NCBI GenBank assembly: GCA_963665095.1
Contig: OY762069.1
Span: forward strand, 2,880,001-2,944,000
From: an uncultured Desulfobacter sp.
Lineage (GTDB): Bacteria > Desulfobacterota > Desulfobacteria > Desulfobacterales > Desulfobacteraceae
Direction: 5' to 3'
Length of the DNA stretch: 64,000 bases
Shown here: positions 38,759 to 48,709 of the stretch, in pieces
Numbering within the stretch: the stretch's first letter is position 1
Layout of the letters: every line of letters begins with the position of its first letter
Position numbers and translations under genes: made by a program
The notes under the pieces: model-generated
Seen by the model: only the letters and a program-made list of their open reading frames with translations
Database searches by the model: none
What the model was told of the DNA's origin: nothing

Positions 38759-40146
38759 AAATTCGCAAAAAGATCACCCTGTGGATTTCAGGTGCCGCCC
38801 TTTTATCCACCATTGCCTTTTCATCCATTATTTTCTGGGAGATGACCGAAGAGCCCTTCAAGCTCATTGACAAAGAGCTACAGCACATGGCATCGGCCCT
38901 GGCGGAGAGGATCAAAACGGCACAAAGTTCAGACACCCGGCTTGATCCGGGCGGTATGCCCTATAATCCCGACCATTACTGGATCACGGCCAGGGACGAC
39001 ACAGGAAAGGTCCTGTACCAGTCTAAGCTGACCGAATTTACAGATCTAACCGTTTCTTCCGGAAAACCCGTCTATGTAATTGAAAAACATATCCCAAGAT
39101 CAAAAATTTGGTTAAAGCAGGATGCTGCGGACGACGTAATGTTCCGGGTCATGGTGGTCCACGGGCAGATCAACGGCCGGAAACTTGAAATCCGTATTGC
39201 CAAACCCATTGAAGACCTTGAAGAGGAGTTGATCTCCCTTATTGTCCGGGTTGCAGCCTCTCTTCTGCTTTGTGCACTGGTGATTGTTATCCTGAGCTAT
39301 GTCCTGGCAGGCAGAATTTTAAGGCCAGTTTCAGCCATTATCCACCAGTCCCGGGAGATCAGTGAAAAGTCCCTGGATAAGCGAATTCCCCTGGGAAAGA
39401 ACAGGGACGAGCTCTATGAACTCTCTGTGGCCCTGAACAAAATGTTTGACAGAATCCAGCACTCCTTTAACAGACAAAGGGAGTTCATCGGCAACGCCTC
39501 CCATGAGTTAAAAAGTCCCATCACACTGTTAATGCTGGCCCAGGAGGATCTGCTCATGACCGGGAACCTGTCAACGGAGGCGGAAGAAGGACTGATCAGA
39601 CAGCTTGAAACCAGCCGGCGCATGAGTCACCTGGTGAAAAACCTGCTGGATCTCTCCAGGATGGAGCAGCAGGAGACCCTGTATACCGACCAGGTGGTAC
39701 TGGACGATCTCATTAACCGGGTGCTTGATGATTATGAAGATGTAATTGCGGAAAAACAGATTCAGGTTTTCTCTCGCATGGATGAATCCTGCCTGATACA
39801 GGGCGATCATGAAAAACTGTTCCGGCTCTTTGTGAATCTCATTGACAATGCCATCCGATATAATCTGCCTGCCCGGGGCACCATTAACATCAACATGAAA
39901 AGGGCAAAAGAGCAGGTCCGGATTACCATCCTGAATTCAGGGGCGCAGATCCCGGGGCAGGATATTCCCCACCTGTTTGAACAATTCTACCGGGTTGAAA
40001 AATCCCGGTCCCAGGCCCTTGGCGGGTCAGGTCTGGGCCTTGCCATTGCAAAAAAAATCGTCACCCTTCATAACGGCACCATTGAAATCTCCAATGCACC
40101 GGATCAGATGATCCGGACAACACTTGTTCTGCCGATAACCAACTGA
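38755..40146 (+). CDS. HAMP sensor histidine kinase
   Basis: 2 TM, HAMP, ASHELKSP, NLIDNAIRY and GSGLGL. Confidence 0.95.
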   Translation: MKIRKKITLWISGAALLSTIAFSSIIFWEMTEEPFKLIDKELQHMASALAERIKTAQSSDTRLDPGGMPYNPDHYWITARDDTGKVLYQSKLTEFTDLTVSSGKPVYVIEKHIPRSKIWLKQDAADDVMFRVMVVHGQINGRKLEIRIAKPIEDLEEELISLIVRVAASLLLCALVIVILSYVLAGRILRPVSAIIHQSREISEKSLDKRIPLGKNRDELYELSVALNKMFDRIQHSFNRQREFIGNASHELKSPITLLMLAQEDLLMTGNLSTEAEEGLIRQLETSRRMSHLVKNLLDLSRMEQQETLYTDQVVLDDLINRVLDDYEDVIAEKQIQVFSRMDESCLIQGDHEKLFRLFVNLIDNAIRYNLPARGTININMKRAKEQVRITILNSGAQIPGQDIPHLFEQFYRVEKSRSQALGGSGLGLAIAKKIVTLHNGTIEISNAPDQMIRTTLVLPITN

Positions 40147-40578
40147 CGATAAGGGTAATACAGGGACTGGCGGACTCCAAACGGTCATATCCCATGTCGT
40201 TGTTTTGTTAATGTAAATAACCATATTGTCACAGCCTGTAAAACGCCCGGTTCATCCATGGCGCCAACCATCCGTTCCAGGGATTTTCCCGCGGCAGATC
40301 TTGGAAAATATGTTTATTTTGATATTTTGGGTGTGGGCTATCACTCTTATTAAAACGAATCATTCTAAATTTTCAAAGGTCATAAGCCCCCTGACAGGGT
40401 CTATATAGTCATTTATTAGCAGGCAGAATCGAGCAGACTGTATATTCACAGGGCGAAACAATGCAGATACTGTTTGTTCCAAAGGCGACTTCCCTGCCGG
40501 CATCGTACCGTCGTGTTGTTTTTGAATTTGGCAGGAGGAACATGTTCGTTTCAAACGGTTTTTTATTAAGGAGGCAGA

Positions 40579-42140
40579 ATGAAATCTTTTTTTAATACGG
40601 ACAGACGCCTGATCCTCCCCTTTGCGTTAATCATCCTTGTTTTTCTTATCTGCATCTACCTGGTGGTTAACTCTTATCATACCGCACCGGATGATTTTGA
40701 AAAATTGAAAACAGCCCAAGCCCGGCTGGATGAGATCCAAAAGTCCACCACCGGCCGGAATCAGGCAGCCAGATCCCGAATTGAGGGTCTGAACGCTGCC
40801 ATAGCCAGCGTCATGGAAGAACTGGACAAAATTGCCTCAGGCATGGAGAAAATACAAGCCACCCATTCACAAATGGCTGACAATGCCGTTACCACCCGCC
40901 AGAAACCCAAAAGGCCATCTCTGATTTAATAGATTTAAACCCGCTTATCAAAGATTTGGCCGATCAGTTTCCAGCGCCGACCCCGGGCCAACCCGGTCAG
41001 GCGAATTCTGTTTCATCAGCAATGGCATCGGCCCGGCAGCAACTGTTCCAGATCCGGACGCGGTTAACGCAATCAGGCAAACCAGATAGTTGTTCTGACG
41101 GTGTGCTGGTATGCCTGGGCATCACACTTCTTTGCTTTTTATTTATCTGTCTCAAACTGCCAAAAGCCACGGCACAAACAATGGCCCAAAGGCCAGATTC
41201 GGAAGGATTTCGGACATCACCGGCCACAGAAATCGTAACCCAGTTGGACTTCCTGGGAAATAATATCGTTCAGATGCCGGAAATACTGACGAAACTCCAT
41301 GGTATTTCCAAAGAGAATGAAGACCAGTCCAGGGGAATTTTTGATTCAGCCGGAATCGTTCACGGGAATATCAAACGGGTGGCAGATGCCATGGAGCAGG
41401 CATCCGGGAATCTTATGCTCATCTCATCGGCCGCGGAAGGCATTACAGGTGCCATCAACGAAATTGTTAAAAACAGTGAAAATGCCAGAACCGTAACCCA
41501 GGAGGCTGTTGCGGAGACACGAAGTACCGCCGCAAAGGTGGCGGAACTGGAAGAGGCGGCGAACAGCATTGATTCTGTTTCAAATACAATCAATGAAATT
41601 TCAGAACAGACCAACCTGCTGGCGCTGAACGCCACCATCGAAGCCGCCCGGGCCGGGGAGGCGGGTAAAGGTTTTGCCGTGGTGGCCCACGAGGTCAAGG
41701 TGCTGGCCGGACAGACGGCGGATGCCACAGAGGACATACGTCGAAAGGTGGAACATATTAACACCATCACTAAAGAGATGGTGGCACAGATCGAACAGAT
41801 ATCCGATACCATTCACAACAGCAATGAAATGGTGAGCTCCATCGCCCTGGCGGTTGAAAATCAGTCGGGCTCCACCCGGGAAATCGCCGATAATGTGGCC
41901 CAGGCATCCAAAGGTCTGTCAGAAGTCAGCGGGAAGGTGAGTGCCAACCTTGAATTTGTATCTGGAATTCTGGATAACATTAAAACGGTGGAGAAGCGGT
42001 CTGAAACACTATCCGGAGAAGCTGACGAAGCCATACGCGCCAGCCGGGATCAGGTGGTGCTGTCAGAGGCACTGGTGCGGCTGATGGCAGATCTGTCAGC
42101 AGACGGCCAGGGGGAAAACAGAAGCCAGGTAAAGCGTTAA
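40579..42140 (+). pseudogene. Methyl-accepting chemotaxis protein split by a frameshift at ~40881-40927
   Basis: ORF1 has RBS, TM1 and a helical periplasmic region. The second frame is open from 40881 and carries TM2 and [28 protein letters not shown]. Confidence 0.75.
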
Positions 42141-42287
42141 AATATTGATCCGGACAACACTTTTTCTACTGAAAACCAGCTTCCGAGGAGCGTCTCGCAA
42201 TGGACTGACATGTTGAACAAATGCAGCCGTACTTTTCAGGCCTGCTGTAAAACCGCCGGCCTGAACTGGTCTATCCTGTCATGCCTG

Positions 42288-43457
42288 CTACCTGGAGGGC
42301 ACAATGATATCATCAAATATTTCATCTGCCACACTTAATGCATCCATGGACGGCTCATAACCAATGATCTTTGCCGTTTTCATGTTAATGGCGATTTTGG
42401 ACGGCGCCTCAAACAGCTGGCCAAGATCCCTGGGTTTTGCACCGTTAAAGATCTTGGCCATGGTATCGGCGTAAAATTTGCCCACATATTGAAAGTTGGC
42501 CCGGGATATACTCATGAGAAATCCATATTTCACCTGCTCGGAATGGGACTGGGCAAAGGTGGGAATCCGGTATTTGTTGGCGATTTTCACAAGATCGGGA
42601 ATGCTGGTGGCATGAATCCCGTTCTGGGCGGTGACATAGATGGCATCAGAGGTCTGACACAAAGTTTCAAAGCACTTTTTCACACTCTCTTCGTCCTGTT
42701 TAACATCAGGGCTCTCATCGGTTGTAAAGCATGGGACAATCTCAAATCCCTCTTCGGCTGCCACCTTTTTCACGCTGTCCAGCGCGGCATAGCTTCGTCC
42801 CCGCTCCGTATCCAGGTAGGCAATGCCCAGTTTGTGAAACTTAATGAAATGATAAAAAACACGAATCTGGCGGTCATGGCGATAGGGATCCACCCGGGCA
42901 TGAACATGGTCAAAACCGGAATCTCCCACACTTTTAATGATACCTGCAGCCAGGGGATCTGTGGTTGAGATGACAAGGGTGGGCACATGGTGATCGTTTG
43001 TGGCAAGTTTCAGTCCGGCCCGGGTACCGGCGGCGATAATCAGATCAATATCCTTAGTGTTGTTCAGCCGGGAAACAATTTGGGGAACCATCTTTTCTAT
43101 CAGGGCTTTATCCCAGTTTCCGGTATAATGCGCGTCTTTGACAAACTCGATATAGTTGCTGCGAATGTTGGCCCCAAGCCACTGCCACAAACCGGCTGTC
43201 TGTTCCCCGGCCTGTGCCGGGATCGGTATTTTCTCAATCCATCCTGAGTCCATCAGCGCTTTGACAATTGCCATGAAATTGAGCTGATAGTTAATATATT
43301 CTCCCCCCTCAAAATACCCGATGCGCCACTTTTTCCCGTTATGGGTGACTGGTTTGGTTGAGAAATTTCCCTTGTCCGTGGCCTGGACGACACCCCCCCA
43401 TACAACAAGAACGCAAAAAATCAAAGCCGTACAGGCGATTTTCCTGATCCTATCCAT
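42288..43457 (-). CDS. ABC-type substrate-binding protein (ABC_sub_bind-like), no adjacent transporter
   Basis: Signal peptide; TDPLAAGII, KIFNGAKPRDL and IAINMKTAKIIG. Confidence 0.8.
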   Translation of the reverse strand: MDRIRKIACTALIFCVLVVWGGVVQATDKGNFSTKPVTHNGKKWRIGYFEGGEYINYQLNFMAIVKALMDSGWIEKIPIPAQAGEQTAGLWQWLGANIRSNYIEFVKDAHYTGNWDKALIEKMVPQIVSRLNNTKDIDLIIAAGTRAGLKLATNDHHVPTLVISTTDPLAAGIIKSVGDSGFDHVHARVDPYRHDRQIRVFYHFIKFHKLGIAYLDTERGRSYAALDSVKKVAAEEGFEIVPCFTTDESPDVKQDEESVKKCFETLCQTSDAIYVTAQNGIHATSIPDLVKIANKYRIPTFAQSHSEQVKYGFLMSISRANFQYVGKFYADTMAKIFNGAKPRDLGQLFEAPSKIAINMKTAKIIGYEPSMDALSVADEIFDDIIVPSR

Positions 43458-43662
43458 CAGCGATATCTCCTCACTAAATGGTTTTCGTAAAAATGCTGTA
43501 ATGTGTATCGAGATGATTCTTAATACTACTGGATATTTACAGGATAATCAAATCCAGATTACAAAAATATATTGCAGGTCTGTTAATTATACTCTTGCTA
43601 TGCGACCTGGCGTCAGTTTCTTATATTTGATAATTACCGGATAGTACCGGAATCTTTTTATG

Positions 43663-43686
43663 TTCGAATTCAGCGCCTGGTTATGC
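43663..43686 (-). repeat. Partial/degenerate attC (R'' and L'' half)
   Basis: GCATAAC-CAGGC-GCTGAATT just after the MBL stop codon; the complementary arm is degenerate. Confidence 0.45.
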
Positions 43687-43698
43687 TTGATTAAACCC

Positions 43699-44305
43699 TT
43701 AAAGCTTATAAGTGGCTCCGGCTTTGAGTATTGTGGTCTCAGAGGTGAGTTCACTCTTAAATCTGTCTAAAGCATGATTGCATGTATCATGTGCTGAAAG
43801 GAAGACATACTTGGGGCTTAACGCATTTAAGTTAGCTATGGTCTGCGTCACCAATCTCCTGCGGCAGGGTGACTTTATTTTTCCGCGCGGCTTTTAATCC
43901 CCCCATATGGTCTGGATGAAGATGTGAGATCACCAGGGCATCCACTTGATCCATCCTGAATCCCAATTTTTTTGCATTATGGGTGAACACCTGGTTATCA
44001 GGCCCAAAACCTAAATCAAACAGCAAAGAGCCCAGGTTGGTTTTAATCAAATAGGAAACACCAGGCGCACCCCAAAAACCATTATCAACTTTTTGTTCTA
44101 CAAGGACAGTTAACTCAAAACTTTCAAGCTGAGGTATTTCCAACGGCTGGGCACGTTCCATCCGTGCGTTGTTTATTCTGTGTGATTTAATGATATTCTT
44201 TTTATAGCGGCCGTTTTTTATAAAAAGCATAGGCAGAAGCACAGGAGAAGACAACGCGATAACCGGCCACCAGACAGGAGAAATGCGATATGACATTTGA
44301 ATCAT
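43699..44305 (-). pseudogene. MBL-fold metallo-hydrolase with internal deletion/frameshift
   Basis: LLFDLG and SHLHPDHMGG in the first frame. A C-terminal-like segment TIANLN..PKYVFLSAHDTC...LKAGATYKL* continues in another frame to TAA at 43699. Confidence 0.75.
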
Positions 44306-44313
44306 CCTTTTAT

Positions 44314-45318
44314 TTACATGCCAAAATCTGACGGAAGGCTGCGAGTCGGTGTATCGCCATTGACAACAGCCTTTCGTGTATTCTCCATATATGACAATCC
44401 CATTTCAATACGTTTTGCAATGGGGTCACTCTCCACAGTATCCTGATTCACCACAGTTGATTTCAAACTCTCTTTCCATTTCTTAACAAGATCTTGGTTA
44501 GACCTGAGATCAATTGGTAAAAGCTTAATGTGAGCTTGATTCCATCCCATCCCGACACCCAGCTGAATAGCATATTCTTTTCCAGCCGCCAGTTCAGCCT
44601 CTACGATTGAATAGCGCTCGGACAGTGCGATGAATACATGATGTCCGAGTTTTAATTTTACGGAGAAATATGACCCGCCTCTGGTGCTGCCAAGGTAACA
44701 GTTCTGATTCCAGACATCGAATGCGCAATTTGCGATTAACTTGCCAGGGCGATAAAACCTTACCACCGCATGATTTTCATCAGCGGTTATCTATTCTGAA
44801 GATTCAATCATAATGGGATAGGCCAAATAACCCGGATTCAGCAGCTGATTATCATATGCGTCATTATTTTTTTTGTTTTGGAGAGGCTCAACAGCTTTAG
44901 TTTTCATAACAACCGTTTGCCCCAAATCTTTTTCAATAAATTCAGCCAATTTTGCAGGATCAGCGCTATTATAATTGACCATTGCATAGAGCGTGGCTCC
45001 CGGCTGGTTATCAATCGCCAAATAACCAAAGCCCGCTTTAGCCTGGACAAAATTAAGCGTGTTTACGCCTGCGTCCAATTCAAGATATACGTGGCTGCTG
45101 TTTGGAAGATCCGCGACTACAGAATCGTTTAATGCTACCCATAAACCACGACCGCTACCCTTAAAACTACTTCCCCGAATTACAAAGAGACCCGTTTTAT
45201 CAGCTGATACTTCCGGTTCATGGAATTGTTTAATAATATCATGATCAACTTTATACGTTGTTGCACATCCAGTTAAAAACAAACAAGCTGCGACCAAAAA
45301 AACAATGGTTTTTTTCAT
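44314..45318 (-). pseudogene. Two-domain (DUF2846-like) lipoprotein interrupted by an in-frame TAG at 44791-44793
   Basis: RBS GGAGG; lipobox LTGC; both ORFs share one frame: ...ESSE*ITADENHAVVRFYRP... Confidence 0.7.
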
Positions 45319-45399
45319 AACAACCTCCATAGACATAATAAATTTTGTATACTGCGTTCGTTCCTCTGCAGGTGTGCCTTATCTTCGATATTCTTGAAT

Positions 45400-45510
45400 G
45401 CGGTACCACAAGAAATACCAACGGTTATTCCGATCCCAGGCCATAATATTGCAAATATGTGGGACTCCGACTTCTTTTCAGAAACGCTTGATTTTTTTTA
45501 TTTGTATCAT
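45400..45510 (-). pseudogene. Possible remnant of a small membrane-protein cassette
   Basis: RBS + ATG right after the attC; a shift in an A8 run gives ...HIFAILWPGIGITVGISCGTAFKNI. Confidence 0.3.
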
Positions 45511-45532
45511 GTGTTTCCCCTTATTTTCTGCA

Positions 45533-45662
45533 ACCGAACGTGGAGTTGAGGGGCCAGGCTTTTTAAACCCCAAAACTACCGATAAAAAGTTAAATCTTCC
45601 CGAACCAGGGACTTCCGAAAGCCGCTCTGTCGGCCTGGCCCCTCTCCACTGCTTTGTTCTGC
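45533..45662 (-). repeat. attC site (~130 bp)
   Basis: Minus strand GCAGAAC-aaagc-agtggagaggggccaggc ... gcctggcccctcaactccac-GTTCGGT, starting 8 nt after the hydrolase stop. Confidence 0.8.
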
Positions 45663-45670
45663 GCTAATCC

Positions 45671-46525
45671 TTACGAGTTTATATATTCAAGCACCATAGG
45701 CCATATTTCCTTTTTTGAATTTTGACTGGCTATAAGCCTAGGGTGATTATAATCTTCCGAATAGCCTGTAGCCTTTGAACACAAAACGTATTTTTTCTGG
45801 GTGCTGCCTAATGATTTAAATATTTGTTGGCATCCCTTCGGAGGCGCAATTAAATCGCGTTCCCCTGAAATCAAAAGCGTCGGTATACGAATATTTTTTA
45901 TAGCCTTGTAATAATCAAAGCCATCTTTGCCAAACCAGTTCCCAGAGCGATTCCATTGACACCATTGATTTAAAAAACCTGATATTTCATCTTCTGGCCC
46001 CAACCCAAGCAATGGTCCGGGAATTTTTCCCCAAATTTTAATAACTAAAGGGACAATCCTTGTGCTTAGCTTGCCGGTCCAGGTTTTGCCAGCGCCAGTT
46101 GTTTGTGAACCGATTCCAACAAGCGTTGCGATTTCATGTTGTTTGTTAAGATTTCTTGCCATATATATGAGCGGTAAAAAACCGCCGCCACTATGAGCAA
46201 CCCAAATGCAGGAAGTTTTATTTGTCTTTGCCAAGATAGTTTGAATTACCGCTGGAACATCATGCAGCGCAAAATCTTCGGCATCAGGATACAACTCGCC
46301 GTATTCACTAAGCCCATGCCCAACCCATTCATAAATCCAGCACTCAAATCCATTACGGTTCAAAAACGTGGCCAGATTTGAACAAATTTTTGCGTTGGAG
46401 AAAGTGCCATGCGTCAATATCACTGGAGGAAAAGAACTTGATGGCTTTGAATATCGATATAGTGCAATTAGGCTACTGCGTTTCCCTTTAATAAAAATAG
46501 GTTGTGGTAAAAAGTTTTTAAGCAT
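45671..46525 (-). CDS. Alpha/beta hydrolase (gene cassette)
   Basis: LTHGTFSN, nucleophile AHSGGG, GERDLIAP and DYNH. Confidence 0.88.
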   Translation of the reverse strand: MLKNFLPQPIFIKGKRSSLIALYRYSKPSSSFPPVILTHGTFSNAKICSNLATFLNRNGFECWIYEWVGHGLSEYGELYPDAEDFALHDVPAVIQTILAKTNKTSCIWVAHSGGGFLPLIYMARNLNKQHEIATLVGIGSQTTGAGKTWTGKLSTRIVPLVIKIWGKIPGPLLGLGPEDEISGFLNQWCQWNRSGNWFGKDGFDYYKAIKNIRIPTLLISGERDLIAPPKGCQQIFKSLGSTQKKYVLCSKATGYSEDYNHPRLIASQNSKKEIWPMVLEYINS

Positions 46526-46567
46526 TGCTATTTAATCGATTATTTATACAGTTGTTTATTTTTGAAA

Positions 46568-47565
46568 ATCGGGTAGCCGGGGGTAGTTATCTACCCCAGG
46601 CCCCCTCAGAACCGTACGTGACAGTTTCCCGTCATACGGCTCAAGCATTTCTAAGACTAAGCCTTGCGGGGCCGCCCGGTTGTTTCAGCAATAATGAAAT
46701 TTACAGTTAATTCATAGCATATGTCCTTGAGCATTCTCTCGGAAAGTACTGTTCTTTTTCCGAGTCAAAAGAAAATGCATCCTTTTGAAAGAACCTCTGG
46801 CGTATATCCCGTGTGCTACTTTAACAACCTTTGCGATACGTATCTACAGTCTTTTAACAGCGTAAAGCTGCTAATGGGCGCACCAGCCATTGCCGTCATT
46901 TGCTTTCCCATCCTCAAAGATTCTCCAAACTCTCTCACAAAGAAACACCTGCCCGGGTGTGTCTGTAGTCACACCCGCCGGACGTCAGCTCCCTTTCGGG
47001 CCGGGTAATGTTGGGGATATACGCCTCAATCCGTATCCATCTCATTACAAGACGGCATTCGCTTTTTCCTGCATCTTACGCCCGCACCTCCATCAGTGTG
47101 CCTTACGGTTTCACCTGCCGAATACTCCCGGCGAAGATACGGGGTTTCCACGTTCCGCATTATTGCCAATTTATGGATGACTTAGGTCTGCCCTTAAGCA
47201 CCGGCGGCGCAACATCTCCGTGCAGGCAGTTCCGAAACCTGCAACCTGACCGCTCACCTTTTGGTCCAAGCTTACCAGCCTCTTTAGCTTGTTCTCCCTG
47301 ACGGTACTTACGGAACATTCAATTAATTTGACCATATCATCCAAACCCTTGCCCTCACCCGGATTGAGGCTTCCAGGAGGGTATCCGCCTCACGGCTTTT
47401 ACCCCTTCCGCAGTTGCGGAATTCGGTACTTTGTCGGTTGGGCTTCACACCGTTGCCGGATGCACCGGCAACCGCATGCCACCTAGGGTACCGGCAGGAG
47501 AATGCCGGGTTTGGTCAGGACCGACCGGCCCGCCAAACAGCCAATAATGCGACCTCGTGTCGCAC
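46568..47565 (-). mobile_element. ORF-less group II intron (IIB-type, ~1.0 kb)
   Basis: 5' GTGCGACACG at 47565; domain V GAGCCGTATGACGGGAAACTGTCACGTACGGTTC with AGC triad; domain VI ending CCCGAT at 46568; only traces of an RT ORF (MTAMAGAP start). Confidence 0.88.
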
Positions 47566-47690
47566 AGAAACGGGGAGCTCAGCCGCCCGGAGCGAAAACC
47601 GAGAACTTCCCAAAAATTAAATTTTTCAAAAACCAAGGTCTTTCAAAAAGCCGCTATCTCTCCGGTTCGGCCTGCAGCGTTTTGTCCTAA
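47566..47690 (-). repeat. attC site (~125 bp)
   Basis: Minus strand TTAGGAC-aaaac-gctgcaggccgaaccggag ... ctccgggcggctgagctcccc-GTTTCT, immediately after the brnA stop. Confidence 0.75.
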
Positions 47691-47909
47691 TTATGATGAC
47701 CAAGTTAACGATGGCCTACGATTTGATTGAACACAATCTCGTAAATAGAGATTAATCAAATTTTGATAGGGAACGCCTGTTTCTTCCGCCAGTTCTTTAA
47801 AATATTCAATGATATCGACGCTCATCCGAATGGTAACCTGTTTTTTCAAGTGTTTCGCATAAGGATTTTTACGCCCTTTCATGTTTTCAAAATCATATTC
47901 TTTCCTCAT
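47691..47909 (-). CDS. brnA: BrnA/CopG-like antitoxin
   Basis: MRKEYDF...NPY...KKQVTIR...YFKELA...PYQNLINLYL; RBS AGGTGA. Confidence 0.9.
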   Translation of the reverse strand: MRKEYDFENMKGRKNPYAKHLKKQVTIRMSVDIIEYFKELAEETGVPYQNLINLYLRDCVQSNRRPSLTWSS

Positions 47910-47913
47910 GATG

Positions 47914-48198
47914 TCACCTATAGTACGCTTTTTGTTCTTTTTTAGTTGCTTTCCTGGCTGAAATAATCCGTATTATGGATTCACTATCCCGATAACAATG
48001 GCATACAGCCAGGATTTTAAGGCTTTGGCTAAAACCTAAAAGCAAATATCTTTCTTCATCAAGGGAATAATCAGGGTCGTCAAATTCAATTGCATTATCA
48101 TCAAAGAAAATCGTTTGGGCGTCTTCAAAAGAGACCCCGTGTTTCTTTAAATTGTTTTTGTTTTTTGCATCATCCCATTCAAAAATCAACTTATTCAT
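47914..48198 (-). CDS. brnT: BrnT family toxin
   Basis: FEWD..KN..N.KKHGVSFEDA...EER...IRIISARKAT. Confidence 0.93.
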   Translation of the reverse strand: MNKLIFEWDDAKNKNNLKKHGVSFEDAQTIFFDDNAIEFDDPDYSLDEERYLLLGFSQSLKILAVCHCYRDSESIIRIISARKATKKEQKAYYR

Positions 48199-48233
48199 AT
48201 TTACACTGTAAATATATCATAATGATGTGTCAA
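48199..48233 (-). promoter_or_regulatory. Sigma70 promoter and palindromic operator of brnTA
   Basis: TTGACA-17 nt-TACAGT, 6 nt before the ATG; TTTACA-g-TGTAAA palindrome overlaps the -10. Confidence 0.7.
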
Positions 48234-48249
48234 GGGCGTTTGTTTTAAA

Positions 48250-48307
48250 GGAAAACAATGGATTGAAAGCGACCTTGTCAGGTCGCATCAATCCTTATTG
48301 GTTAGCG
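48250..48307 (-). repeat. Short attC site (58 bp)
   Basis: Minus strand CGCTAAC-caataa-ggattgatgcgacc-tgacaa-ggtcgctttcaatcc-att-GTTTTCC, 5 nt after the stop codon. Confidence 0.75.
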
Positions 48308-48312
48308 CATTT

Positions 48313-48687
48313 TTAAAGTTTTTCGCTTAAGCTTGAATGAGCAGCAATCAGTTTATACTCTTTGCTACTCCTTTGTTGCCATACCCTTGTAAAATTGAGA
48401 ATCATTGTAGAACGAACATCCCCGAATAGCCCACAAATTTCAGATTTTACCGTCACGATTGCAACATTTTCAAAAATTTTTATCGTTTGATTTGACATAT
48501 TAATCAAATCAATTCTCACAAAGCCAGAATGATGAGCTTCAAGATCCATTTGTTTGGTGGTCTTTTGACCAATGTGATTTGTAAAAACGAGCTCATCATC
48601 TAACAATTTATCAAGCATCCCAACATCTGAATTCAGCATGGCGGTTTCAAGTTGCTTTTCAAGAGTTACGATGACATTTTTTTCCAT
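48313..48687 (-). CDS. NTF2-like / DUF4440 protein (gene cassette)
   Basis: AMLNSDV..LDKLL.DELVFTNHIG...FTRVW...IAAHSS. Confidence 0.85.
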   Translation of the reverse strand: MEKNVIVTLEKQLETAMLNSDVGMLDKLLDDELVFTNHIGQKTTKQMDLEAHHSGFVRIDLINMSNQTIKIFENVAIVTVKSEICGLFGDVRSTMILNFTRVWQQRSSKEYKLIAAHSSLSEKL

Positions 48688-48709
48688 TTTGTAGGGCCTC
48701 CATTATGGG

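Noticed and set aside
40380..40510. Possible c-di-GMP-I riboswitch upstream of the MCP (cacagggcgaaac)
   Set aside because: Lacks the GAAA-loop stem and GACGCAAAGC core; an Rfam scan would be needed to revive it
46721..47620. Several short + strand ORFs
   Set aside because: They lie antisense within the group II intron RNA
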